DNA from: a virus
Taxonomy: Duplodnaviria; Caudoviricetes
Reading direction: 5' to 3' (one strand)
DNA: 61,584 nucleotides
IMG/VR virus record: IMGVR_UViG_3300025759_000098
Coordinates: 1 to 61,584 of that record
Shown here: in pieces, positions 39,501 to 46,224 of the stretch
Layout: each line of letters starts with the position of its first letter
Numbering within the stretch: position 1 is the first letter of the stretch
The notes under the pieces: model-generated
Seen by the model: the letters and a program-made list of their open reading frames with translations, nothing else
What the model was told of the DNA's origin: nothing
The model's database searches: none
Position numbers and translations under genes: made by a program

Positions 39501-40666
39501 CTGGTGGTGCTACGTTTTTTAGAAACAGAGTTAACAGTTATGTTAAACAAGGTTATACACAAACCGAGGCTGAAACAAAAGCTTTTCAAGATTTTCAAGA
39601 AGTAACTGAGGAGTCACAACAGTCTTCAAGACCTGATATGATTTCACAACAACAAGCTTCACCGCTAGGTAGATATATACTAGCTTTTAAAAATACACCT
39701 ATGCAGTATGCTAGATTAATGAAGAGAGCTTATTTAGATTTAGTAAACGGTAGAGGTGATTACAAAACAAACGTTGGTAAAATTATATATTATGGTGGTA
39801 TACAAAACTTAATATTTAACGGGCTACAAGCAGCGCTAGGTGCTCTTATTGGAGATGATGAAGAAGAAGATAAGAAAACAAATGAACATGTTAGAATTGC
39901 AAATTCAATGGTTGATTCTATTCTTGGTGGTTTAGGTTTTGGAGGTAATGCTGTTATGACTATTAAGAATACTATACTAGAATATAACAAACAAAATAAT
40001 AAAAAGTGGAACTCTGACCATACATATACAATACTTAAGTTAGTAGGTTTTTCTCCTACTGTTGGTAGTAAGTTAAGAAAAGTATACTCAAGTATACAAA
40101 CTGAAAAGTTTAACAAAGATGTTATTAAAGAAATGAGTATGTTGGATATAGATAATCCTAGATGGTCTGCTATAGCAAATCTTGTTTCTGGTATAACTAA
40201 TATACCATTAGACAGGTTGGTTAAAAAAATGGACAACATAGATGCTGCTCTTACTGAAGACATATCTAATATGGAAAGATTTGCTTTGTTAATGGGTTGG
40301 AATACTTGGGATTTAGGTATTGAAGATCAAGATATAATAGCTGTTGAAAACGAAATAAAAGAAAAGAAACAGATAGAGAAAAAAGAAAAAAGAGAAAAAA
40401 AGAAAGAGGAAAACAAAAGAAAAAAAGAAGAAGAAGATAAAGTAAAAGAAGAAGAAAATAAAAAGAAAAAAGACGGTGTTTGTATCGCTATAAGTAAGAA
40501 AGGAACTAGATGTAGAAACAAAGCAGAGTCAGGAGGATACTGTACTGTACATGCTAAAGTAGAGCAAGGCACGAAACAAGTTCAATGTAGTAAGATTAAG
40601 TCTGATGGTGAGAGATGCAAAATGAAAACTAAGGCTAAAAGTGGTTTGTGTTATTATCACGATTAA
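30503..40666 (+). CDS. Giant polyvalent (probably ejected) protein: HExxH metallopeptidase, HAD-like phosphatase, C-terminal Cys/His fingers
   Basis: 3387 aa; HEFMH at 34394; FDFDETL..LTAR..FVDD at ~37800-38220; two C-x9-C-x8/9-C-x2-H units at the end. Confidence 0.8.
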   Translation: MSTEFLYSGLVEDNLTDRSFEDFKNHYSNEGNQKYLYNGLIGDGSFKGSFQDFKNKYFPGTVSTQPQTTTSSRKKSTKTKQPEQPEQQEPTFVNEDFWKTQKYAREDYIRKDGKWYYKNPKSGKEVEISKISPNQKQANSGTIQRYEELEKERKAELEYKKSKLELEQEVLSGKENKTEEDIQKQLELENQLNSLDQQSTSDENKKLLENKKLGSIKMREVTKDITELDDEDSIALLNKQYAEYGFTFRVDEDFEDKVLVTSIYNENGELKQTQEYFTFDQGFFMDDDEANSAEAKRMDNWMRSRAVKGTSAKTLQSTFAEDKTDEQRKEEGSNSISKNIRDDETTKYINNNRSNIPFKLSDFDKDNLPEGLEKIVNDYWDGDIDALLEYMYGHKYTSTIVEGKSSMPVKDRSDKYLKGSKQEQVQYFGGGTMINYDGFNKDTSRKKDIEQGILNYAISQWQKENPGVEFDQKNPEHYGSVKEIQSVAEQEWQNLSKPENEEVMLESDIYKNIIETSAATIKASDIRKNIKDYVEDQDGNAFSRGVSQLMSGEAATKEFDALQEKSKKLLNEKSAIEESITVSDTKLKETLKWFENNDIKAQIEEIRNKKYTTQQEVDAAQDKIETLQNTYNSKIKDYNDAKFEMEQSVIAAKTLQREFVDVIEDREDFEEISKYLNQNYQWGTMTVEALGDAGADLLQSLGTAVEVVANLPGLVNREFARTLLDYGAANPDSAIGGFINSPTVTSGLRGVEKVGDAMTNSRFDDDPTTRSLPQKLHDAIDKFQESNIMNVADPTAFGDIDGWGDFGKWTSTMLASQAPQLAMIIASGGSSALTQSALLTASAAGSKFSGMEEQRDLYLQTGGLYGKDYSFGNMILSSTAVGLAEALSERVTIGQLKNVSKALKRSNLELIEAGAKGVKRGFNKEFIGGYTKHMMNTVFNPKLMLAAGYDRLQEGVSESLATMSENLVDIFNGEDVSIFDNVDQAFVSGTIMSQAINTPVVFNHMAAPFRSVNTQSILDRNTARMDQLLQEIHLYNNNPAKEQELINEYKDLKEESMRVMELDVKRVDAMTEFEKGKLIEVHKNTNRLKKEVNDLQKKLDSGEITQEQANQQYKDLENQFKRIDSQKQQILDKYDVNFINTTYEKTMNSMRQRAKEISDASGASININIQEGNDGTFTQWQIENGGYTVTESDANGNPTRIIMKENTRKGKIKEFKNQLNDPNLTNKERSAIESNLKVLESGVDVGMDINQYNQIMNDSSNYGSFVPKYDNDGNYIGQEIFINKNAAHDGGEFSIAAHEFMHGMLYSTLKGDMRTQNALTNTILNTLEQKGVKVPEGVMNKINSYAQDGTRGEEIMTVLSQAISDGDIKLPKTALGGFKNFFRRYGYNHQGAAIEFDTDQDIINFLKDYTYSMKNNKQNKALTNMFIHGASGKLIEKQQRYRDLRKKYRENAAERNNQAMFSKNVEQVIKSQPDLMSEIDSLVKNADGTPKYKTQNEFINSIDGGEAYNLITNTKKLDGLIQAGIMAQGINTPQAIGEFTRNVKDKLGERLLKNFDPAKNDSLFGWLTGVSGGAGQSIIYRAKGDVMVDYKKQLQTTSADVGVRTDTGETIGTQFEADVDTDVQAFENEIIIPGSNVRVDKNQTDVVFLESVNAKVTKTKIDNIVQDSGINLKGLTYNGTKKMLVQHDGGKPKSKRKPTGPLYGALQSTSNLFGVDPLRIIKEQDLTATQRELARDFIKENTQQLIDMLPEGENRSGDATGVANTVLKEFYVEGERISMAESGSAKGKKRQTKRDNITTQEFIEFFNKPGTKSDGAIRALIVQSATIASNQAIRQNAIEKSTDPFSDIALVGDGKSAVMFSKRNNIPNLKNADKIPNYKRLGAFDARLNEQKRNIFWNRVEQLAGTISANNAVPLRNKQGDIVNEDLSRRSIKEMVTDVYRDVFTQSEINELADSIYDVVSSKSLKYSVEIEGKIKNRTPKLNKDGSYSVEQQGAIVEALYTSKQDANTKISSFVGAGVTTASLGNDTDLMNVSRARIKTYIDTRVDEIKKEYAGQGDAVIGGQIIKMLSEQMDQHVTAGKVWDGRQQLFAATPDFVLNVASKIPGLNFAIKVAKDGKTEIDIKTATYDSNSNITRSFDNLLSTDTRSKRSEKLSQKDVSKRKSSVFTKLDPNLPGTAIQQQRFKNYPQSGPSLIADFIFDKNKVLERKQDALNAQLELNNFVRFVAKEYKEGRMSERELQVHMATLLSNMKPTLARAAMPKYIAKSLLPDGYQEMTKKEIQDYLKNTGAVYEHMQPRVGMIIHLFNQHINGNGVTDVQVPDFFSRYNIAIIPEAMDKKAINAVGLRESLATGQTMTMPEWMRYYNVDTEQKMEHLDSLIDIDTGVELEPTAHISKTKEILNTQRSESIMFSKAVNNANAINENTPSRGASVFDFDETLIDKGENIIVATNPETGDKVEISSGQWPIQGPKYAEQGYSFDFSDFTFVKGGVEGPLLQKLRNRIKKFGPENNYVLTARPADAAPHIHEWLKSKDINIPLENITGLGNSTGEAKALWMAQKYSEGYNDMYFVDDAMPNVDAVKDIMDQLDIKGKSVQAKIKFSKRIKSEFSNIINKAAQQEMDLDFNRILEQTKGVKAESRFSDAQAKVRGSKKGKYAFFVPPSAEDFKGLIYRFLSKGKVGEQQMAFFKKALFDPFGRATTSIDIQKQKIQNEYRQLLKQFPDVKADLNEVIYNNFTLGQMIRVYNWNKAGFEIPGLSQRDLNNIVKEMEADAEALAFANSLGIITNQNDGYIEPGEFWLVENIQSDLNKITNEINRDLHLQEFKQNREKIFGEWQGDRLVGPNMNKIEAIYGSNFREALEDILYRMEYGTKRNKGNNRLVNAFNNWANQSVGAIMFFNMRSALLQTISSVNYLNWSDNNPLKAGLALANFPQFLKDFSMIFNSDMLKQRRAGNQRGINEAELAQAVGGVGVANRVKAMLNWLLTKGFLPTQIADSFAIASGGATFFRNRVNSYVKQGYTQTEAETKAFQDFQEVTEESQQSSRPDMISQQQASPLGRYILAFKNTPMQYARLMKRAYLDLVNGRGDYKTNVGKIIYYGGIQNLIFNGLQAALGALIGDDEEEDKKTNEHVRIANSMVDSILGGLGFGGNAVMTIKNTILEYNKQNNKKWNSDHTYTILKLVGFSPTVGSKLRKVYSSIQTEKFNKDVIKEMSMLDIDNPRWSAIANLVSGITNIPLDRLVKKMDNIDAALTEDISNMERFALLMGWNTWDLGIEDQDIIAVENEIKEKKQIEKKEKREKKKEENKRKKEEEDKVKEEENKKKKDGVCIAISKKGTRCRNKAESGGYCTVHAKVEQGTKQVQCSKIKSDGERCKMKTKAKSGLCYYHD

Positions 40667-40714
40667 AAATAGCGAAAAACAAGTAATCTTATAAAAATAA
40701 AGTACACTTAAAAA

Positions 40715-40993
40715 ATGGCAAAAGAATTAAACGAAGATACTAGCTTTCAAATAAGCATTAAGACACTAGGTGGTATAGCTGCTTTAATAGCTACATTAGT
40801 AGGTATGTGGTTTACTTTGCAGGCAGACATTGCTGAAGCAAAAGAGTTACCAGCACCACCAGACCCTGAGGTTACACGTATGGAGTTTGACATGAAGGAT
40901 CAAATGATACGACAAACTATCATGACTACACAGGACGACGTTAAAGAAATTAAAAAGTCTATTGAAAAAATAGAAGAAAAACTTTACGAATAA
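40715..40993 (+). CDS. Single-TM membrane protein with coiled coil
   Basis: LGGIAALIATLVGMWF hydrophobic segment. Confidence 0.65.
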   Translation: MAKELNEDTSFQISIKTLGGIAALIATLVGMWFTLQADIAEAKELPAPPDPEVTRMEFDMKDQMIRQTIMTTQDDVKEIKKSIEKIEEKLYE

Positions 40994-41331
40994 TGAAAAA
41001 AATTATATTAATAGTATTAATGTTTTTATTTGTAAGTGCTAATAGCCAAAACATTTGCAAGACAGATGTATGTGTAGTTGAGTTTAATGCTGGTTGGAAC
41101 AAAGCTAATAGTGTAGACTGGTTAGATAAGTTAAATGATTGTGGAGTTCAAAGAATAAATATAGACGAAGGTGATTGGCAAAAGAAATATAATATAGTTG
41201 TAGTACCTACAATTATAGTTTTCAACGGTGAAGAAGTAAAACGTTATCAAGCAGATCTTAGTTTTACTATGGCTGTAACAAGAAAAGAAGTACAGGAAGA
41301 AGTTGACGAGATATTAATGGAAGATTTTTAA
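40993..41331 (+). CDS. Exported thioredoxin-fold protein lacking CxxC
   Basis: Signal peptide; VVEFNAGWN, YNIVVVPTIIVF.GEEVKR. Confidence 0.7.
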   Translation: MKKIILIVLMFLFVSANSQNICKTDVCVVEFNAGWNKANSVDWLDKLNDCGVQRINIDEGDWQKKYNIVVVPTIIVFNGEEVKRYQADLSFTMAVTRKEVQEEVDEILMEDF

Positions 41332-41333
41332 TC

Positions 41334-41723
41334 ATGGCTTACAAACAACCAAATAATCCTTTTGTTAAAACACAGTGTGGTAGACGTTACGCTCCTCTTG
41401 CTGTACAAATAAAAGCAAAGTTTAATTCTCCTTTTGCAAAAGCAGATCCACCTAGAACTATAGGTAAAGGTAAAAATTTTAATCCAGTTTCAGAAGACAA
41501 AGGCGCTACAGGCGCGGCAGCTGGAGGAGGTATGAGTCCAAGAGGAGTAGCTGCATACAAACGTAATAACCCAGATAGTAAATTAAAAACAGCAGTAACA
41601 ACCAAACCTTCAAAGTTAAAACCAGGTAGCAAGGCGGCTAAACGTAGAAAATCGTTTTGTGCTAGATCAAAAAGCTGGACTAGTGAAAGAGGTAAAGCAG
41701 CAAGAAGAAGATGGAACTGTTAA
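41334..41723 (+). CDS. Basic protein with MAYKQ leader
   Basis: 129 aa; SPFAK box, then GGMSPRGVAAY...KRRKSFCAR...RRWNC. Confidence 0.75.
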   Translation: MAYKQPNNPFVKTQCGRRYAPLAVQIKAKFNSPFAKADPPRTIGKGKNFNPVSEDKGATGAAAGGGMSPRGVAAYKRNNPDSKLKTAVTTKPSKLKPGSKAAKRRKSFCARSKSWTSERGKAARRRWNC

Positions 41724-41754
41724 GTAATATGTACAACTATATAAAAAATAAGAT

Positions 41755-41925
41755 ATGAGAAACGCACCATTAAAAGCATTTGCATCACCTGTTAAAGGTA
41801 AGAAAGATGCATGCTATCATAAAGTAAAAGCAAGTGCCGATGTGTGGCCTAGTGCTTATGCCTCAGGTAGACTTGTACAGTGTAGAAAAGTTGGCGCTGC
41901 TAACTATGGTAAAAGTAAAAAGTAA
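41755..41925 (+). CDS. 56-aa basic protein (not in ORF track)
   Basis: Hand-translated MRNAPLKAFASPVKGKKDACYHKVKASADVWPSAYASGRLVQCRKVGAANYGKSKK; TAATG coupling to the next gene. Confidence 0.75.
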   Translation: MRNAPLKAFASPVKGKKDACYHKVKASADVWPSAYASGRLVQCRKVGAANYGKSKK

Positions 41926-42572
41926 TGGCTTACGATATTAAATCTAAGTTTAAAGCTAACAGTCCTCTTCCTTGTTGGAAAGGTTATGAACGTGTACCTG
42001 GTACAAGGCCAGGCGCAAAGGGTAGTTGTCGTAAATCTTCACCTACTAAACATGGTTCACTCGAAGACTTTCAGCGTGGAAGAAACGGTCACAACCCAGA
42101 CACTATGTCAGCAAAGCACGAAGACTTTCATTTGAAACAATCTAAGAGCTCACCTAATAAAACTATGGGTTACGAGGTTAAAATAGAAAAAGGTAAGGTT
42201 GTTAGTGAGAAAGAAAGACCTCACAATAATTTTAAACCAGGTAGAGAAGGTGAAAGTCAACACGAAGCTTATCATAATAGATTTCCAGAAAAACCTTTTA
42301 CAGACGCAGAAGGTAGACCTTTAAAACAACAGAAAGGTGGTGGTACTAAAAAAGTATGTTTACCCAAAGCAAAAGTAAACGCAATGAGTGAGTCTAAAAG
42401 AAAGTCGTTAGCTAGCGCTAAAAGCAAAGCTGGTTCTAAAGGTGAGTACAAAAGACCATCGAGTACTAATGTAAAAGGTGCTCGTAAAAAAGGAGCTACA
42501 CTAAAAGACTGGTTTGAAAAAGAAAACTGGGTACAAGTTGGTAACCCAAGTAAAAAATGTGGAGAAGCATGA
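41925..42572 (+). CDS. Basic multi-module protein punctuated by SP boxes
   Basis: SPLP-CWKGY, SPTKH, SPNKT, RPLKQ, LKDWFEKENWV. Confidence 0.75.
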   Translation: MAYDIKSKFKANSPLPCWKGYERVPGTRPGAKGSCRKSSPTKHGSLEDFQRGRNGHNPDTMSAKHEDFHLKQSKSSPNKTMGYEVKIEKGKVVSEKERPHNNFKPGREGESQHEAYHNRFPEKPFTDAEGRPLKQQKGGGTKKVCLPKAKVNAMSESKRKSLASAKSKAGSKGEYKRPSSTNVKGARKKGATLKDWFEKENWVQVGNPSKKCGEA

Positions 42573-44764
42573 TTAGATTTTTATTACTAGCATTATTACC
42601 AACACTGGTATTTGCACAGAAAGAAGTTGTTATACATATAAAAACAGATGGTTATCCTAGTGAAACTAGATGGATATTATACGACTCTGTTTATCAAGGT
42701 GACACTATAGATTATGTTGACTACGGTCATTATACACAGCCTAACTTTATGCATAGAGATACTTTGTATATTGATAGTATACAAAATATATCGTTTGTTA
42801 TATACGATAGTTATGGTGACGGTATTATAAACGGTGAGTATTATGTTACTATATGTGGTGACACTGTAGTTGATTATCCTGTTAGTACTTTTACTAGTGG
42901 TTTAATACACAATAGAGTTGTACCACAATGTATGCCACAACCACCTCCACCAGGTCAATGCGTGCCAGCTATGGTAAATATAAACTTAGATCAATTTACT
43001 AGTGAAACTAGTTGGGAAATAACAGATACAATGGGTAATTTATTAGCAGCAGGAGGCCCATATCCAAACGCTCCTGATTACCAACCACAACATATTCCAG
43101 TTTGCCTACCTACAGGTGTTTTAAGGTTTACGATATTTGATACGTACGGAGATGGTTTAGCTGGAAGCCAGTGGGGTGGAAACGATGGTTCGTATTATGT
43201 AATGCAATGTGGCGATACCTTGGTGTTTGGTACCACACCTAATTTTGGGACAGACTCCACACATGTATTTACCTCTGATACTTGTACACCACCACCGCCA
43301 GTGCCGGGCTGTATGGACAACAATTATATTGAATTTAATCCAGCAGCCACAGTAAGTGACAGTAGCTGTGCTACTTTAAAAATATATGGTTGTACTGATA
43401 GTACAATGTTTAACTACGACTCAACTGCAAACACTATGGATTACATAGACAGTTGCGATTACACTCTCATACTGCATGATCTTGCGGGTAATGGTTGGGT
43501 TGGTAGTAGATTAGAGATTTATCAAGACGACACATCACAGTTTGTAATGACTTCTGGTTTTAATCAAACTTACACTCTACAATTAAAAGCACCTAAGCTA
43601 GTAAGAGCTAAGTTTTTTATTAATCAACAAGCTTCGCAAACAGCGCCTGAATGTGGGTTTACTTTAATAAATCCTATGGGTGATACTGTTATAAGTGTCA
43701 AGCCTCCATTTATGCAGCCGTTTTTTGTGTATGGTGGCATAACTTATTGTGGTAATGAGTGTATTGAAATAGTTGAGGGCTGTATGGATAACATGGCGTT
43801 TAACTACGATAGTACTGCAAACACACCACTACCTTGTTATTATGTACCCGGTTGTATGTCTCCTGCGTATCTAGAGTATCATATCGATACATCTAACGGG
43901 GTTTATACAGATTTTAATATACAGGATAGCTGTAACACATTAGCTGTGTTTGGATGTACAGATACGGCTTCGTTTAATTACGACTCTACTGCTAACGTAG
44001 ACAATGGTGGTTGTTTACCAGTTATCATAGGTTGTATGGAAAGTCTAGCTTTAAATTATAATCCGCTAGCAAACACACCTGATACGTGTATACCTTATAT
44101 ATACGGATGTACAGACCCGACAATGTTTAACTATGATAGCTTAGCTAATACAGACGACGGTAGTTGTGAGCCGTTTGTTTACGGTTGTATGGACTCAATA
44201 ATGTTTAACTTTAACCCACTTGCTAATGCAAATGATACTTGCGTACCTTATATTTATGGTTGTACTGATCCGAGTATGTACAATTACGAAGCATCGGCAA
44301 ACACAGAGGATTTTAGTTGCGTGCCTTTTATTTATGGGTGTACCGACAGTCTTGCTATTAATTATAATCCTGACGCTAATACAGATAATAATTCTTGTAT
44401 TGAAGTGGTTGTTGGATGTATGGATCAAGATGCGTGGAACTATGAAGAACTAGCAAACGTGCCTGACACTTGTTTATTTTCAGCTGAGTGTATAACTGGA
44501 CCAGGTGAACCATATTGGTTAAATGATCCTTGTTATGCTTGGGTTATAGATGTTGATGAATACTGTTGTACAAACGACTGGGATAGTATATGTCAATTAA
44601 CTTATGATTACTGCGAAGGAACTTGGGTGGGACCAATACCGCAACGTATATCACAGTTAATAATGATAACAGATATATTAGGTAGACCTGCAAGAATAGA
44701 GAAAAACAAACTATTGTTCTTTATATATAAAGACGGAACAGTTGAAAAGAAATTTATAAAATGA
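42569..44764 (+). CDS. Secreted Cys-rich repeat protein with T9SS CTD-like tail
   Basis: Start moved to ATG 42569 (ATGA overlap); signal peptide; 11 GC(T/M)x repeats; ends ITDILGR...FIYKDGTVEKKFIK. Confidence 0.75.
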   Translation: MIRFLLLALLPTLVFAQKEVVIHIKTDGYPSETRWILYDSVYQGDTIDYVDYGHYTQPNFMHRDTLYIDSIQNISFVIYDSYGDGIINGEYYVTICGDTVVDYPVSTFTSGLIHNRVVPQCMPQPPPPGQCVPAMVNINLDQFTSETSWEITDTMGNLLAAGGPYPNAPDYQPQHIPVCLPTGVLRFTIFDTYGDGLAGSQWGGNDGSYYVMQCGDTLVFGTTPNFGTDSTHVFTSDTCTPPPPVPGCMDNNYIEFNPAATVSDSSCATLKIYGCTDSTMFNYDSTANTMDYIDSCDYTLILHDLAGNGWVGSRLEIYQDDTSQFVMTSGFNQTYTLQLKAPKLVRAKFFINQQASQTAPECGFTLINPMGDTVISVKPPFMQPFFVYGGITYCGNECIEIVEGCMDNMAFNYDSTANTPLPCYYVPGCMSPAYLEYHIDTSNGVYTDFNIQDSCNTLAVFGCTDTASFNYDSTANVDNGGCLPVIIGCMESLALNYNPLANTPDTCIPYIYGCTDPTMFNYDSLANTDDGSCEPFVYGCMDSIMFNFNPLANANDTCVPYIYGCTDPSMYNYEASANTEDFSCVPFIYGCTDSLAINYNPDANTDNNSCIEVVVGCMDQDAWNYEELANVPDTCLFSAECITGPGEPYWLNDPCYAWVIDVDEYCCTNDWDSICQLTYDYCEGTWVGPIPQRISQLIMITDILGRPARIEKNKLLFFIYKDGTVEKKFIK

Positions 44765-45810
44765 AAAAAGTACTATTAGTTATATTAGTTTTTCTAACGT
44801 CTTGTGTTGCACCTAAAAAATGTTGTGGGCAAGATAATATAAAAAACATATTTAAGTTTTCTACATTTTATGCTGCTGTTAATGGTGGTACTTCTATATC
44901 AGACGTAGAAACTTATAGTGTTACAGATGGTTTAGGTATTGAAACAATACAAACGCCTTATGATTACAACTTAACTTTAGGTATACGTAAAATAGCTAGA
45001 TTTGGTTATGAAAACAGAGCTAATACATTTTATGATGGTACTGAATCTAATTATAGTGATGCTGCTACAATAGGCAAAAGAAATGGTACAGAGTTTTTGT
45101 TTCAAGTAGATTACAAAAGACAAGAAGGTGTAGAGTATTTAGATCAACACCACTTTGTAAGATATGTAGCTGACGACTGGATAGCTAAAGCAGAGTACTT
45201 AGTAGATGGTTTTGCAGATATAGAGTATTTTGAGACGTCACAAAGGTACAGGTGTGATATTGGTAAAATAAGTTTTAATATTGGAGCCGTACAAAGATTA
45301 TCTGAGCCTTATGGTTACGATCCACTTGCTAGCTGGAAGTTAGATAATGGTAATATACACTACACGTATCTAGCTTTACAGGAAGGATATAACGTAGATG
45401 TTTATCATGACATGTATTATAATCCAGATGGCGACGTGGTAGCTTTTTCATCAGATGTATGGGAACAAATTGTAATACCAGAAGTATTAGCTAACTACGT
45501 TGAAAAGAAGCGTAATGAGTTAGATAACAAATTACAACACTCGTTGGTAGTAGGTTTAGATTACTATTATTATAATAAAAGTGTTTGGGTTCATACGTGG
45601 GCTAACTTAATGCCATATCACTACAACGATAAAGATGAGTTTAGTTACCACAACTATATTGATGGTCAATGGTTAGATTACTCAGGCGGCTTGATATTTG
45701 GACAAAAGATAAATAAAAGATTAGGTGTATTTGCGGAAGGTAAATACAATAAGTACTGGAACAGAGAGTGGTACGATTTTAAAATGGGTATTAATTATAT
45801 AATAAGATAA
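44761..45810 (+). CDS. Exported protein, putative outer-membrane beta-barrel or lipoprotein
   Basis: Signal peptide with LTSC; aromatic-rich alternating strands; ends YDFKMGINYIIR. Confidence 0.6.
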   Translation: MKKVLLVILVFLTSCVAPKKCCGQDNIKNIFKFSTFYAAVNGGTSISDVETYSVTDGLGIETIQTPYDYNLTLGIRKIARFGYENRANTFYDGTESNYSDAATIGKRNGTEFLFQVDYKRQEGVEYLDQHHFVRYVADDWIAKAEYLVDGFADIEYFETSQRYRCDIGKISFNIGAVQRLSEPYGYDPLASWKLDNGNIHYTYLALQEGYNVDVYHDMYYNPDGDVVAFSSDVWEQIVIPEVLANYVEKKRNELDNKLQHSLVVGLDYYYYNKSVWVHTWANLMPYHYNDKDEFSYHNYIDGQWLDYSGGLIFGQKINKRLGVFAEGKYNKYWNREWYDFKMGINYIIR

Positions 45811-45813
45811 ATT

Positions 45814-45909
45814 ATGAAAGGTAGATTTTGTAAATGGTTTCAAGCAATAACGTTTGGATTAGTATGTTTTGGTTGGTGTAAAATGTGTTGTAATAATTGT
45901 GAGTGTTAA
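45814..45909 (+). CDS. 31-aa Cys-rich micropeptide (not in ORF track)
   Basis: MKGRFCKWFQAITFGLVCFGWCKMCCNNCEC; fills the gap exactly; TAATG coupling. Confidence 0.6.
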   Translation: MKGRFCKWFQAITFGLVCFGWCKMCCNNCEC

Positions 45910-46223
45910 TGGCTTTTAAAATGAAAGGATGGAGCCCATTTGCTCAAAAACCAAAGACTAGACAAGGTGATGTTTACGTTGGTGATAAGAAGTTTTCAGA
46001 CAAACCAATGTACGAAGGACAAAAACCGTCTACACATCTAATGGCTTATGGAGAATCTGATGGTAAGTTTGTAGCTTATCCTACTTTGTTTCAAGATGAC
46101 GATGGTACATGGCAGCAACCAGATGATGCTTTTAGAGAAGCTATAAAGAGAAAAGAAATATATCAATTTAACACAGAACAAGAAGCAAAAGAATTTGCTG
46201 ATGGTAGCTGGAAAAATAAATAA
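45909..46223 (+). CDS. Protein with MAFKMKG leader
   Basis: Start moved to ATG 45909: MAFKMKGWSPFAQK. Confidence 0.75.
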   Translation: MAFKMKGWSPFAQKPKTRQGDVYVGDKKFSDKPMYEGQKPSTHLMAYGESDGKFVAYPTLFQDDDGTWQQPDDAFREAIKRKEIYQFNTEQEAKEFADGSWKNK

Positions 46224-46224
46224 T

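Noticed and set aside
30503-40666. Virion RNA polymerase as in N4 or crAss-like phages
   Set aside because: I found no DxDGD-type or T7-like polymerase catalytic motif; DFDET fits HAD motif I. A highly divergent polymerase cannot be excluded without structure search.
43300-44470. CRISPR array or DGR-like repeats
   Set aside because: The repeats are degenerate, in-frame protein repeats; I saw no cas or reverse transcriptase gene.
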